Shown: in pieces, positions 26,188-39,457 of the stretch | Layout of the letters: each line of letters opens with the position of its first letter | How positions within the stretch are numbered: the first letter of the stretch is position 1 | From: Podarcis filfolensis | Lineage: Eukaryota | Direction: 5' to 3' (one strand) | Assembly (NCBI GenBank): GCA_964270895.1 | Contig: OZ185440.1 | Length of the DNA stretch: 64,000 nt | Made by a program: the position numbers and the translations under genes | The notes under the pieces: model-generated | Told to the model about the DNA's origin: nothing | The model's database searches: none | The model's input: the letters and a program-made list of their open reading frames with translations, nothing else

Positions 26188-26366
26188 GGGAAGCTGCCTT
26201 ATACTGAGCCAGGCTATTGGTCCATCTAGCTCAGTATGGTTTCCACTGACTGGCAGCAGCTCTCCAGAGTTTCAGGCGGGAGTCTCTCCCAGCCTCCACC
26301 TTGGCATTGAATCTGGGACCTTCTGCATGCAAAGCAGATTCTCGGCTGCTGAGCTACAAGCCCTTC
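26188..26366 (-). mobile_element. tRNA-derived squamate SINE (Squam3-like)
   Basis: Reverse complement reads gaagggcttgtagctcagcagccgagaatctgctttgcatgcagaaggtcccagattcaatgcc...tcagtataaggcagcttcc; tRNA-Ala-like head. Confidence 0.8.
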
Positions 26367-26664
26367 ACACGACTCGCCCTAGCCCATGATTTCTGGGGTT
26401 GGCTGTCCTGTTTTTGCATATACACTGAACCCTTGGATTCAAACCCACATGCAAGATGTGACCATGCTGTATTTACAAACCATTTTGGCATTATATAAAT
26501 TAATAGACAGTCAAGTTTGGCCATTGTGGCAATCAGAATATTGGATTTTATGCAGCAGGAGTTGTCTTACGTTCTCTGCTTAAGAGTGTGTGGTGAATCT
26601 CTTAGAGCAAGTTAGATACTTAAGCTTATCACATATGTTAGGTGAAATGAGGGCTGTTGCTTTG

Positions 26665-26828
26665 GGGAAAGGGCCATAGCTCAGTGGTAGAACATCTGCT
26701 TTGCATGTCCCAGGTTCAATCCCTGGTCTCTCTAGGTATGGCTGGGAAAGATTCCCTGCCTGAAAGCCTCTGCCGGTCAGTGTTGACAATACTGAGCTAT
26801 GGTCTGACTCAGGCTAAGGCAGCTTCCT
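26665..26828 (+). mobile_element. tRNA-derived squamate SINE (Squam3-like)
   Basis: A box TAGCTCAGTGG (26677-26687), B box GGTTCAATCC (26713-26722), TTTGCATG anticodon-loop remnant like tRNA-Ala(TGC), shared tail ctgactcaggctaaggcagcttcc. Confidence 0.85.
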
Positions 26829-26947
26829 TTCCCCCTCCCCTATATTACAAGTTGTTCTTTGAACACGGTACATTTACTGTTTAGATTTCCATAGCAAATG
26901 CTGCATTTCTACATCTCTCACTTGAACCTACTGAAAACAGGAGGGAT

Positions 26948-26948
<1 letters not shown>

Positions 26949-26986
<38 letters not shown>
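26949..26986 (+). repeat. (GT)19 microsatellite
   Basis: Uninterrupted GT dinucleotide run. Confidence 0.95.
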
Positions 26987-26988
<2 letters not shown>

Positions 26989-28619
26989 TTGCTTGTTTCT
27001 TTTGCCTTTAGCAAAAGTACATCACATGCAGTTTGAATTACGTTTCCAATGATATTTTGTAAGCTAATGGTTTTTTTGGCTGACCTGCTGACTTGAATAC
27101 AAACGCTCCAAATGTTGGCTGTGCAGATTTGATAGAAGAGCTCGTGCCTTCAGAGCAACACTTTAATTTAAACCAGAAATATATGTATTTAACTTTGCTA
27201 ACATGCACTCCTTAAGCAACATGCTCAAAGTTGATCTAGTAACAGAGTTTATCTGTAGGAGGGGCTGGAACAGGAGGGATCTCTTCCCCCACGGGGACAA
27301 TTGGGAGAAATATTGTTGGTGTGGTTTGCAAGTGCAGCTGTTGCAAGACAGAATTGTTAAGGGGCGGGGTGGGGGGTTGTGATGGTGGTTCCTGTTGAGA
27401 CACTGTGGGAGGACTTTAGGGGTGGTTTTGTGTGTGTGTTTAAACCACAGTGTACAGAATAGTTAGTGCTGACATATGGTAATGTATATACTAAACAGAG
27501 GGGAACTCTGCTAGAGAAACACGGGGAAGGGTCAAGGGAAAGAAGCTGGGGAGGAATCAGATTGCCTTGAGATTGAACAGTTTTTATGTGGGGTATTGTT
27601 TTGGAAAGGGAAAGGATTTAATGAGCTTAGGTGGGAGGTTTGGTAGCGAAACAGGCAGGAGAGAGGAGGAAAGCCAGTTGGTTCTAGATTTTGGTCTCTA
27701 ATCTAACCATATGCTGCAAAATGATTTTCAGGGTGGCTGCTGAACCTCTATCACAGGGATGGGGAAACCTCAAGCCTGTGGAATGACCCACCAAGTTTTC
27801 ACCAAGTGGAAATAAGCATCATTTTGTTGTAGAAAAACAAATTGGCTGTACAGATCTGCCTGTCTCCCTTCCAAGTGGTAAAGCAGATTGTCAGAATCCA
27901 AACACAAAACTAAGCTCTAACAAGAGTATCATTGCACATACACACCCAAAAACCCATGACTTCAGCCTTCTTTCAAAGGCAGAATTCCTTACCTGCCCTT
28001 TACCAATCAATTATTGCAATGATTATCAACAACATGAATGACATGTGTGGGATATTTGGCAGGCTAAAGAACAAAGCAAGTTCATACTCAAATGTAGAGT
28101 GCTAAACGTCTTCTAGTTATGATTGTGGGGCATAAAAGTTATTCACACACTTGGCCACTGTTATGTAGCACTCCTCTGCACTAAATTGCTTTCCAAAATA
28201 TAGCATGCCAACTAGCTAACATACAGTACATGCTTTAGTACAAAGGTAAACAAACAATGCAATTATTACTTTTGTTTCACTGAGATTTTTATTTATTAAA
28301 CAAAATCTTTAAAGCAGATTACCATCATACATTGCAAAATAACATTGTAATGCTTTCACCTGAATGCTTGGGAGTACACACAATTTCACTTGAGCTGGGC
28401 GCCACTGAACAGGAGAAATGAGCAGCTGCCATAGACCCATTGGCCATGGATTTTAAGAAAAATTCAAACAACAGCATGGGCAACCACTCATTTAATACAG
28501 TTATAGACTGCTTTAAATATATTTTAAAATCTGTAAGTAGTTTACTTGAAACTATGGGCCAGACCACTTATAAGCAGCAACTCCCCACAGTTCCACCAAC
28601 ATATAATTTACAAGGTCCT

Positions 28620-28880
28620 TAACAACTTGAGTCCAGGATACTTCAAGGGGCCACCTGATCACTGAAGTCTTCAAGGGATCACTGATGGTGGTCCTGCATG
28701 GCTCAGATCCACTAGGAATTGTGTTCAGCATTCTTGGCCCAATATTGTGGAATTCCCTTCCAGTTGATGTCGGACAGACTCTCTTAGTCTTGAACTCCTG
28801 ACTCTTACGGAAGACTTTATTCCAACAGGCTATTTAATTCTGATTTTATGTAGTTTTAACTTGGCATTAGTCTTATTGTA
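28620..28880 (+). mobile_element. Degenerate L2 LINE 3' fragment
   Basis: gtgttcagcattcttggcccaatattgtggaattcccttccagttgatgtcggacag resembles the L2 ORF2 C-terminal AFSVxxPxLWNxLP segment seen intact at 48803-49147. Confidence 0.5.
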
Positions 28881-31800
28881 TTGGGTCTCCTGTTCACCAT
28901 GTGGACATGACGATAATTATTTTATTCCAGCAACTTGCATAATGCTTAAACTTTTTATAGTGCATGCAGACAAGGTTTAAGTCACTGGAACCACAAAAAG
29001 GAGCCTCATTTATTTCTGAGCATTCCTGAGGGCCACATTCCTTTCTGGGGAACTTTCCAGGGGCCATGTGCCAAAGGTGAGCAGAGCAAGGAATATTCAT
29101 TTTACCAGTACGTAGGCTGGTTTCTACACGAACTCCCACACGCCCCTCTATCCAGGCAACAAGAGGTATTATCAAAGTTCAAGGACATATTCCAGCCAGG
29201 TTAAAACACTGAAGAGAAATATGAAGCAGAACCAATAGAAGCTATGGCTGGAAAGAGTCCTGACAGCCAGACAGAGCTCTGCACTTGGCCCTTACATCTG
29301 GTGTTCCCCACCCCTTGCACAGTAGGGTTCCACTCAAGTCAGTATGTATGTACACACACATAGCTCAGAATGAGTCTCTGAAGAGTTTTCTAGGACTATA
29401 CACTCCTATCACCAAAGACATTTTGCTGCTTAACACTCCACTGGCCTGCTACACCATCTTTTCCCTTCATCTACCCTCCCATGGTGCCACCTAAGGCAGG
29501 TTGCTCAGAAGCAAGACTAGCCCTGGCACTTCCTCCTTTCCTGAAAGTATTCCTCTGGCCTTCCCTTTGCATACAGTTAAATGACCAAAAAGTGAAGACA
29601 GGAACAAAAGAGTGACTAAGGCAGTGTGATGGTACTGAGACCTACTCTGTAAACCTAGAAAACACTAGCTCTGCAGGATTCCTGCATATCTCTGCTTCAC
29701 ATGGAGGAAAGCAAGCCTGCAAAAGGATGCTTTTTGGTTTGCGGCAAACTATACTTTTCCCACAAGCTCTAAAGTACTTTTGCAACTTTTAAGAATGTTT
29801 GCTTTTTGGTAAGGCATGGAATGAATATTGGTGCATTATTTTATTTTATTTTATTTAAAAAAAATACAAGGCAGGGGATATTTGGGAAGGGCTAGGCCTA
29901 TAGGCCGATAAAGGGTTTTATCCAGCTAAGACATCCCATTAGCACAAGGACTTCCATCTGAACAACAGGACTTCTTCCAACTCATTTCCCTGTTTATCCC
30001 TCTAATGATCTGCTACAGAGTAAGGGAGGGGAGAACCCAGAACAGATTGTGGGGCACAAGTCCTTGCACTAACGTGACAACTTTGCTAGATCAAACTTCG
30101 TGTTCAATTTGATATTAGTAATACAGATTGCAAGAGAGGTGGGTAAAAGAACCTACTGCAACAGCTCTCAGGGCCTTATGTCAGCCTTCACCAAAAGGGT
30201 TGTGATGAACCTATGGACCACCCTCCTCCTAATCTCTGGTTCAAGCCCCCTAAGACATCTTTACCAGGGAGTTTGGCTCTGCCTGTCATTTAAGCTGCCA
30301 AGAAGTTCGTGTATACAAGCTCCCTCAACCCAACTTCCCACGCTCACATTGTTTCATTCTGGCGGCTTTTGCAAATCTGGAGGTGCATAGCGTGAGAGCA
30401 TTGCTAATTTACCCTATGGGAAGTTGTGTTTTTTCTCCCCTGACTACTCAGTTTGCCTAAATTATGACCAAGTGTGACATACATGTAACAGCAAGAGGGA
30501 TTAGTTGATGCTGGTTGGCCAGGAACCAGAATAATGAACTCTGAATGGAAATATATGATGAAAGTCAGACCAAATCTAACTTCTCTACGTGAAATCTGAA
30601 GTCTCAGTTGGTTACCCATGCACACTTCATTGCACGACTATAGAGAAAGGCAGGGTAAAATAATGGTATGCAGCAACCACAGAACATTTCTAAAACATGG
30701 GATGGAATGAGAGAAATGTGCTCTTAAGACCAGGTTCTAAATCAATACTTGCTTGCAAGGTTACTTACAAGCCATTATAGCATCTGTAATTATTAGAACC
30801 AGATCTATTGGACTAAAACTGCAAATCATTTTCTAGGAATGGGTGGTCTCTGGGTACCATTACAAACATACTTTCTTACAAAACTTGCTAAAGCAGTGTG
30901 ATAGCATCTAATAGTTTGAAAAACACTTGTTACGCATGCTTCTAACAACTAATCATTTCCTCTTTTTTTTAAGGAATAAATTTAGGCATTTTCCAGCATT
31001 TTTGTTCCTGCACATGAGCCCTGTTGAAGCTGTACTCTCAAAAGTCAGATTATACTCTGACAACTACATGCAAAGGCTGCTTATTCCACTCAATTATGGG
31101 ATCATGAGTATCAAACTTAAAAAAGGAATCATGCTGAAAGACAGCAAACTTATGTATTTCAGAATACATGCAGATATTTAGGTATCACAGTATTTACCCT
31201 TTGCACTGTTTTTAAAGTTTTTTTCATGTTTTATTGCTTAAAAATTGTACAGACGTTTTATAAAATTGTGGCACATGTTTTCATTTTTTTAAAAAAGGGT
31301 TTTTGAGGACTGGGAGAATCAAAGTACCTAGAAGTACAATCTCCATGATGTCCTCAGTTTTGTTTCTTTTTAAAGAACCACTAAGCCGGAAGAAGTCAAA
31401 TCCAAGATGGCTACCTTACATGGATGGGTTTTAGGCCAGCAACTAGTTGCATCAGAGGGAAGTGGCAAGCCATTGCTCTGCCAGATTTCAGGTGACTTTC
31501 TTCTTCCATTGCAGCCTTGTATGACACAACCCACATTGTCCAGAGGGCTGGGAGGATCCTGAATAATCTTTTTGGTGATGCATGAGATTCAGAGAGAGAA
31601 CAGAAAGAGGAAGGTTGGCTGCCCAAGCTGCTCTTGGCTCAGACAACCACTGGATGCCATTCAACATTTGTGAAAATTCAGCAAGTACAACCAATACACA
31701 CAAAGGAAGTCTCAAAAATAGTGTGTGTCCAAGCTTCACAGTTGCAACACTTACAAAATTTATACTGAAACTTACTCTCCTTGGAAGTAATTTTAGCACA

Positions 31801-33362
31801 GCTGTTGTTTTACGTAGGGCGCCATTATACAGTTACGATCAGAGGAATAAAGCATCTGCTGCATGACTTCCAGTTGGCTGCAACTGCTCAGATGCTGCAA
31901 GCTGCTCGGGCCAAGGCCTACCTTTGCTTTGAAACATTTGCACACAAAGAGTGTCCTAAATATGAGAACTTACCACCAATGAAGGTTGCTTTGAAAGTGC
32001 TCCAGGAGGTTGTAGTAGTATGGAGTATAGCTCCTGCTGTAGAAGCTGAAGCAATTCTTTCCTTAGCACTACCACTGATCCAGCACAAGAAGCTGAATCC
32101 TCACCAAGAGGCAGGGAAGAGAGCAAGCCACTCTGGCTTGCTGCAATTTCCAGCAGCTTCTTCTAGTCATTGAAGAACTGACATGAGCACATATATGACT
32201 GTGCTCTCCCACTTTCACATACTAAAACAAAGGGTAAGAGCTGTTTCAAAAGTGCTCCAGAATTCAAACTTTGAAATCTGCAGATTTGAAATGCTCATAA
32301 TCATGGTGGAAAAGACCCATTTCCAAATTCAGTTCAGTAATAGTTAAAACACTGCAATGTGTAGAAATTTACACTGAAAATGTAAATCTGCTATGGAGGG
32401 TTCTCAACCTTCTGGAGCAGATATATGGTGCTTAGGCAGGAGGAATTGCTGGAGGGGGGGGGAGAATTCCTCCATGATTCGCTTATGGAAGACTTAGCTG
32501 TCAATGTACTGACATCCTCATAATTGTGAAGCAAGAAGCACAAGTGGTTTTAGATGGTTCATGCATGGTTAGGAGGAGACATCTTAGGAGAGGCTTTTCC
32601 TCTTCAGTGATGCCAAGGGTCCTAAAAGAATGAAGCCCTAGGTAGTATCTAGCTTGTCTATTGGCAAACATGGCTCAGTGTACCACAGGCACTGACACTT
32701 TCACCTGTCATCTTTAGGTTTTGGAAAACCAAAAATGTACAATTTGCCACAGCAAATATACACAGCACCAAGACAAGAGTGATTGGAGGCTACTAGTTTC
32801 AGTCACATTGTTCACATAAACAAGTGTATATATCTCCCCCTTGACTAGATCAGGGTGGTTGTATTTAAATATGATGTATGTAAGCCTCTAATCTTTCACA
32901 GTAAGAAGAGACATGGATGTACGTACATGTACCTATATGCATGAAACTGTAACAAAGTTCAAGCTTTTGCACTCGGGCTGTTTAAAGACTGCCCTGGCCT
33001 TTTTAACATAGTACACAAGACATTGTGGAAATTGTGTAGCATGAAATATATTTTGTAAGAATCCAAACCAACAGGGTGAAATGAACAAAACATATTAAAG
33101 TAGCCACAGTTAGCTGTTCTCTAGGTTATAAAGGGTATCATTGACATTTCAATACCATTTATAGTTAAGTAACTTCATGTCGGATGTCACATCTACCAGT
33201 TCAGAGAAGGCTGCCAATTCATTAAATATTTATGTACTTAGAGCACTTACTGTGTCTTTCCTTACAAGTTCAACTAATAGAATCAGGCTGTCCATTGTAA
33301 AATACTCAAGATTATACCATTAACGCAATAATATGTTTGCTAGTCATGCTACAACAGAAGGT

Positions 33363-33368
33363 TTTATT
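33363..33368 (-). terminator. Candidate LHX8 poly(A) signal
   Basis: TTTATT on + strand (AATAAA on - strand), about 470 nt past the LHX8 stop; an ATTAAA variant lies at 33649-33654. Confidence 0.4.
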
Positions 33369-33839
33369 TAGGTCATTTAGAGAATTCTGGCAACTGAACT
33401 TTTGCCAGCTCATGGACATAATCTTCAAAGTATAGGCTGCATGTAACTCAAATACAAGTAATACTTTAATAGCAATAACTTACAGATACAAACTAATGAT
33501 GAACTACAATTTCACAAAGAATTGTAAACATTTTGCACAACTGTCAGTCCTGTCTTTTAGCAAAGTGCTCTTTTGATGATAAATAAATTAAACAAACACA
33601 TAGCTAGAATGGACTACTTCCAGACAATACAAAAAAAAGGTGTTTCTCTTTAATAAGTCTTGTAAACATATTTATGGAGAAAGCCATAAAAGTGTCTTGC
33701 AGGCCAACTATACTTACATACCTGGGCAACAAAATCGTCTTCAAAATGCTTTGGATGTCATTTAAAGTTTAAACTGAATACAAGTACAGTGGGTATCTCA
33801 GGGGTACCTCTTTAGTCTCATGTCCCTGAAATAAATGAG

Positions 33840-33916
33840 TTAACTGTGACTTATCGGCAGTTGTGTCATTGAATGGGGTAGCAAAGGCTGGAGTCCAAGA
33901 GCAGAAGGTGAATGAG
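33840..33916 (-). CDS. LHX8: LHX8 coding exon 9 (terminal)
   Basis: ttttgtag acceptor; (A)HSPSALGLQPLLPHSMTQLPISHS then TAA, matching the LHX8 C-terminus. Confidence 0.95.
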
Positions 33917-35344
33917 CTACAAAAATAGAAAGATTTGCTGGTCAGCCTAACTAGAAGTATAAAAAAATATTACTTGTGAGTACAAACCCAACTGCACTGA
34001 TATGGCTGGGATACCAGCAAGCAGCACCCATTTCACCAGCTGGTACTAGCGCTCATTTCTAGAATGACAGTGCCCCCCCATGTCTTTATACCCTGGGCAG
34101 TGCCTGTTACCAGATGAACTCTTTTATACATACAACTTTGCAGTTTGTGAGGAAGGTATCTTATTACAAAAATGCCTAATCCCACTGAATACAGTTCAAA
34201 ACTATGCATAAAATGGGCCCATTGCAGCAAAACGACAACAAAATTGTGTGGTATCTTAAAGAGCCACAAGTTTCATTACGGCACAAGCTATTGTGAACTA
34301 CAATACTTTTCAGATGCATCTGCAGCTCCCTAAAGCTTACGGCTTGCTAAAGATTTCATAGCATTTAAGATGTCATGAGGCTTGCTTTATTATAATATGA
34401 AGCCCTTTACAATAAAGCCTTATTTGAAAGATGAAAGCTATTTAAACTCTGTCTAATTAGGCCTTCTTCCTTTCGATTTAAGGAAAAGTTTCTAGCTTGA
34501 CATAAACCTTTTGTGTATGCAGGATAACAGAATTGTGGTGAACTTTAAGTGCTATATAACGAGTATTTTTCCCCCATAAAGTTTTGAATACAGCATTCCC
34601 GTACACAAGTCCATAAGAACATGCATTAAAAAAAAAAAAAAGAATTGTGAACATTTTTAAATGTAAAAAGGTGAGCATGAAAATGTAATTTGGGGAGGAA
34701 AGATCTGTGGGTCATTATTCAGAGATCCTCTGCTACAATAAAGAGCCCGAGATATTATCAGTTTCAAAGGCATGGTCAAAAAAAAAAAAAAAAAAAAAGC
34801 CGTAACACGCAAAAGGCCTAAGCCTATCACTTATTTCCCCAAACTTATTTCCCCAAACTAGGGACCAGAACTTGCCAAACAAAACAAAAAAGGTATGGTG
34901 TACCTCTGCACACACGGAAGCAAAACCAACAGCTTTGACATCCCGACTTATGGGCTATATGCTATCATGAGCACAGAGAATATATGGAGAGTTTTTGCTT
35001 GCTTTCCGAGCAAAATATTTTTTATCAACCTCTCTCTGCAGCAGAGTACTAGGGACAAAACCTGAAAAGCTAGAATGTATTTGTCATCTAACAAATTTCT
35101 ATCCTGCCTTTTAGAAAAAGTCTCACAAGGTGGCAAACAATATAAACAATAAAATATACAAAATATTCCAATCAAACACAGAAAAACAGTACAAGAATTT
35201 CCCAAGAATACCAGACACAAGAATGAGTATGTCTTTTTTTGGCTGCCTGTGGGTTGCATGGTGCCCAACCCTGAGCAAAAGGGTGCATTTCACATTTTCT
35301 TCTCTCAAGTCTATGAAGTAATTATCGCATGCTACTGTACCTAC

Positions 35345-35528
35345 CATCCATGAAATTATGCAGAGCATTTAGCATTGTCGCATCCTGGGGTACATAGGCC
35401 GAGTAGCCCATTTCTTCTAACATTGGTGGAGAAAGCCTGGAAGGCTGGACTGTTGTAATAGGAGTAGACGAAGAGTGATTGGGGCTAACGTGTTTCTTGT
35501 GGCGTGCTCTGCAGTTTTGAAACCACAC
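35345..35528 (-). CDS. LHX8: LHX8 coding exon 8 (homeodomain helix 3 and C-terminal region)
   Basis: VWFQNCRARHKKHVSPNHSSSTPITTVQPSRLSPPMLEEMGYSAYVPQDATMLNALHNFMD; tag/GTAGGT boundaries. Confidence 0.97.
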
Positions 35529-36069
35529 CTAGGCACAAAATGGAAAGACACAAAAAGATGCACATCGTATTCGTTATCTGGCATTTAACTACATCAAAGA
35601 AACAAAGTATTTAAAACCATTGAGGGCCTCTTCCATATAAATGCCAGTGCAACTTTTTCCCTGTGTGTGCTCTTTACTGAGGCCAGGTAGACCCAAATTA
35701 AAAATAAGATACATCAAACTTTAGTACAACCAACAAGTTGGGGGAGCTTCTAACATGGGCTCCTGGTGTCAGTGTTCACCACGGGTCACTAATCACTCAC
35801 ATTGCTGCTGGCACATGCAAGACAACCCTAAATTATGTTCCTTCAGCAATGTGAAAGTATGTGATGGAAGACATTAGATGTGCATTTTCTTCCTAAAGAA
35901 ACAACAAAACAAAAAAACAAAATCAATGCTTCAGGACTGCTGTAAAAGACATCACACAAGGTCTACTCTAGCTAAGGAATACTGATCAATAGAAAAACTG
36001 TTCTTTGGAGCTTTATGCTGCTGAGAAGCTCTGCTCACAGTACTTGTGAAGTAACTGCAGTACAGTTAC

Positions 36070-36165
36070 CTGTATCACACGCCTGCTCAAGCCTGTTCTT
36101 TCTGCCAGTTTTTGGAGTGTTTGTGCATCTGGATTGTTGTCCTGAGCAAACTGTGCTTGCATTAC
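36070..36165 (-). CDS. LHX8: LHX8 coding exon 7 (homeodomain)
   Basis: [32 protein letters not shown]; cag/GTAACT boundaries. Confidence 0.97.
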
Positions 36166-37611
36166 CTGGAAAATGCAAGAAGTATTTTTTTATTTTTAAA
36201 CTGTAATTTTTTTTAATGTACTAGCCAGACTGCATAAGTAAACAAGATGCAGTCATATAGCTCCAACCTCCAACAGCAGTTTTGAGGAGTGCATTGTCCA
36301 CATAAAAGACTTCTAAACCACATCAAGGCAGGCTAAGCTAACCCAGTGACCAGATTAGCTCCAGCACTAGAATACAACATTACGTGAAAGAAAGAAAAAA
36401 ATCAAAGCAAGATTCCAGCTCATTTGTTACTGAGAGCTGGTTTCATGTGACGACATCATCATTATTCAATCAGATCATATCCATTTTATGTGACACTTGT
36501 ATTACAAAAATGCACCTTCATGTGGCAAGAACTAGTTGTTACCCTATCAGGGCCTCCTTTACAAAATGTTTGCAAATATGAACAATGTTAGTATGAAACA
36601 GAACACGAAAGAAATTAGAAATGGCTATACTAATTTTTGCAAAGGCAAGGCGCATTAAGGCACATTCACAGCACATATACACCACAGGGCATGGTTAAAC
36701 ATAACCTCCTGGTGAAGTTACCATGCCCAAAAGTGTACTGTGTGAATCCTACTGTGAAATGATTTTTGAAAATTAGCTTTTACTCTTCCCTACTTCTTTC
36801 AGGAGCTTATTCAAGTTGAAAGTGGATTTTTGATTAGTGTATATTATTGTTAATTTGATCTCTAGTTCTGCACTGATAGTTCAGGAACGCATAGTATAGT
36901 TCTGCACTGATAGTTCAGGAACTATAGTATGCCATAAGCCTTTTCTGATGAACATTGTAAAAGAGATAAAGGGCCATTACTTTACATTTTTTGAATGAAA
37001 ACCTCATGGCCATTTTGGTGTGGAAGGATTGAAGTTTAATTGAGTCAAGATACTTCTACACCTAGCTGTAAACTACTGGAGTTACTGATGGCTGGGTAGA
37101 CAAGTCAACTGAATATTCAGTTGTTGATATCAGTACCCCAAAGTTATGACTTATATAAACTCAAATGGTCAATATTGTAACTGGACTTCCCCTTCCTTTC
37201 CTTCCCTGTGTCCCAAAATCTGCTCCAGAGAGTTGGGGGACACTACAATTATTTGAGGTGGTGCAGAGAGCTACAGGGTGAGTGAAAAAAGGGAAGCCTG
37301 TTATAAGAACAGAAATCTGTTGCACAATGGGATGAACATCACTAGATGCAACAAAATGGGCTGAACCCTACATGAGTGAATTTTCATGCATAAAATATTC
37401 CTACTCCTATAAAGGGCAAAGAAATGAGATTCTTGTCAATTCCATTAACCACTGCAGTCCTTTGAGAAAATTGCCAAATAATAACTCCAAATTAAAAAGT
37501 ATTACATGTGTTTAAGGCAATTAATTGTTTGCTACCTAAATATTATTTGGTATTTTTAGATGTGGAAAAAAGGAGGTGCTGTTTACAACTTTAAAAGTAG
37601 AAGACCTAAAC

Positions 37612-37835
37612 CATGGGTAGGCAAACTAAGGCCAGGGGGCCAGATCCGGCCCGTGGACGGTCCTGGAATCAGCATGTTTTTACATGAGTAGAATGTGTCC
37701 TTTTATTTAAAATGCATCTCTGGGTTATTTGTGGAGCATAGGAATTCATTCTCCCCCCCCCAATATAGTCCAGCCCCCCACAAGGTCTGAGGGACAGTGG
37801 ACCGGCCCCCTGCTGAAAAAGTTTGCTGACCCCTG
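37612..37835. mobile_element. hAT (Charlie-like) MITE
   Basis: Termini catgggtaggcaaac...gtttgctgacccctg; 8-bp flanks acctaaac / aactagac (6/8 match) consistent with a decayed TSD. Confidence 0.75.
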
Positions 37836-39353
37836 AACTAGACTCAGTGCATAAATAGTTTTATGGCTCAGATCAAAACACCTGTTTATGCACACGCAAG
37901 TGCTTTCCTGAATCTGCTGAAGCGAACCTATGTCGTATCGCCTGAGCAAAACTTCAAATACTGCGTCTGAAGCTCCTGTGGTATTATTTAACAGATGCTG
38001 GTAGAGGTGAGGAAAAGCTGTTTTGAGGGCTAAAAGCTCTGCTGTACATATGGAGCTTCCTGTGTATCCATTGCACTACCTGTTGCAACATTAAGGCTGC
38101 TGTCTTATGCCTGTTTACATGTCAGTAAGCCTCACAGAACTCAGTGGGCTTACATCTAAGTGGACATGTCTAGGACTATATGGAAGGCAATTTTAACATT
38201 CTGAACAGACAGGCCATTGCTTCTCACCTAAAAACTTAAACAGCCACTTTTATATACACATAATAATGTGTATGTTAGGATCCAAAACTAGGTTATTTCC
38301 CACATATGTAAGTAATACCAGAAATACCAGTACACCAGAAATAAATATTTTGAATAGGAACTGAAAACTTTTATGTCAGCAAACTTTAGATTAATTTCCC
38401 CCTTTTTCTGTTCAATTTTTGCTTTCTAATTGTTTTTTATCAATAGAAATGTACCTAATCCTGTTTTATTAGACTGCTTTTAATTTTAAGAGATTGTAAA
38501 GCAATGTGGAAGTTGGCATTTTGCCTTAAAAGGGGCAACTTAAGATTCAATGCGCATAGGATTTATTTATGCTTATATGGCAGCAAAGGTACTAAGCTAC
38601 TGAACAAGAATGAATTATAAAGCAGAAAGTGGAAGTAGGCAGGTGCTAGAGTGGTTGTGATAAGGAACTGCAAGTTTATCTACCACAGAACAAAAGTAGT
38701 TAACGGAACTCAGGGGTAGCATAGGAGATTCCCCCCCCCACGGAGCACAAAGATATCAGTTTTGCAAAGTTCATACTGACCCCACCATTGCTAAGCTTCA
38801 GCCTCTGCTTATCTGAACTTGACAGTGATGCCTGTGCTGAAGAGCCATGGTTTTGATTGCCACTTGGGTTTGGCAGCTATGGTGAAATGCAAGACACTGA
38901 AAATATCTGTTTCCTGTAAAGTTATATTCTGCACATTTTCTAGGACTTCTCTTCATGTTGCACAGAACTGAAACTATTTAGTCTCCTATTATAATTATGT
39001 GTAGTGATGGAAATGTCTGGTTTAATGAATTTCATCAAGTAGTCAAAACAGATCAGCATTTACATTTCCACTTTACAGAATTACCAGCTGCCTTCTGGGA
39101 AACAGAAATGCTGAAGAGTAACTATTTCACATGGAACAACAGCTAACACTTGCAAGAATATTCCAGAAACATGCTGTGCCTTTGACACCAGGAGAAATAT
39201 CTGCAGTGGAGAGAATTTCTTCATAACCAGCTAAATTTAATATAATTATTAAGTGATGCAGAGCATAAAGTCCTTATCTTTCCCCCTCCCACCCCACACC
39301 AACAACCCACAGCTGTATTTCGTTAGAGGCATTGTACCATGCCAGGGCTCTAC

Positions 39354-39457
39354 CTGAAGCTGATCTGCTGTGAAACTGGTCCGCGCCCTTTTTGCTGGTT
39401 TTGGGTGATTAATGTCTTGTTCTGTTAGCAATGCACCTTCCATACTGATACCATTAC
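39354..39457 (-). CDS. LHX8: LHX8 coding exon 6 (linker and homeodomain N-terminal arm)
   Basis: (G)[34 protein letters not shown]; cag/GTAGAG boundaries. Confidence 0.97.

Noticed and set aside
26665-26730. tRNA-Ala-like sequence as a tRNA gene
   Set aside because: Variable arm deleted, no paired acceptor stem, and it continues into a SINE tail shared with two other copies.
27360-27376. G-run clusters as G-quadruplexes (also near 11690 and 63120)
   Set aside because: Mostly homopolymer runs without four well-spaced G3 tracts; common background in this genome.
33716-33724. Donor-like CAG|GTATGT in the LHX8 3' UTR (would create an NMD-triggering UTR intron)
   Set aside because: No matching acceptor identified; a single motif is expected by chance.
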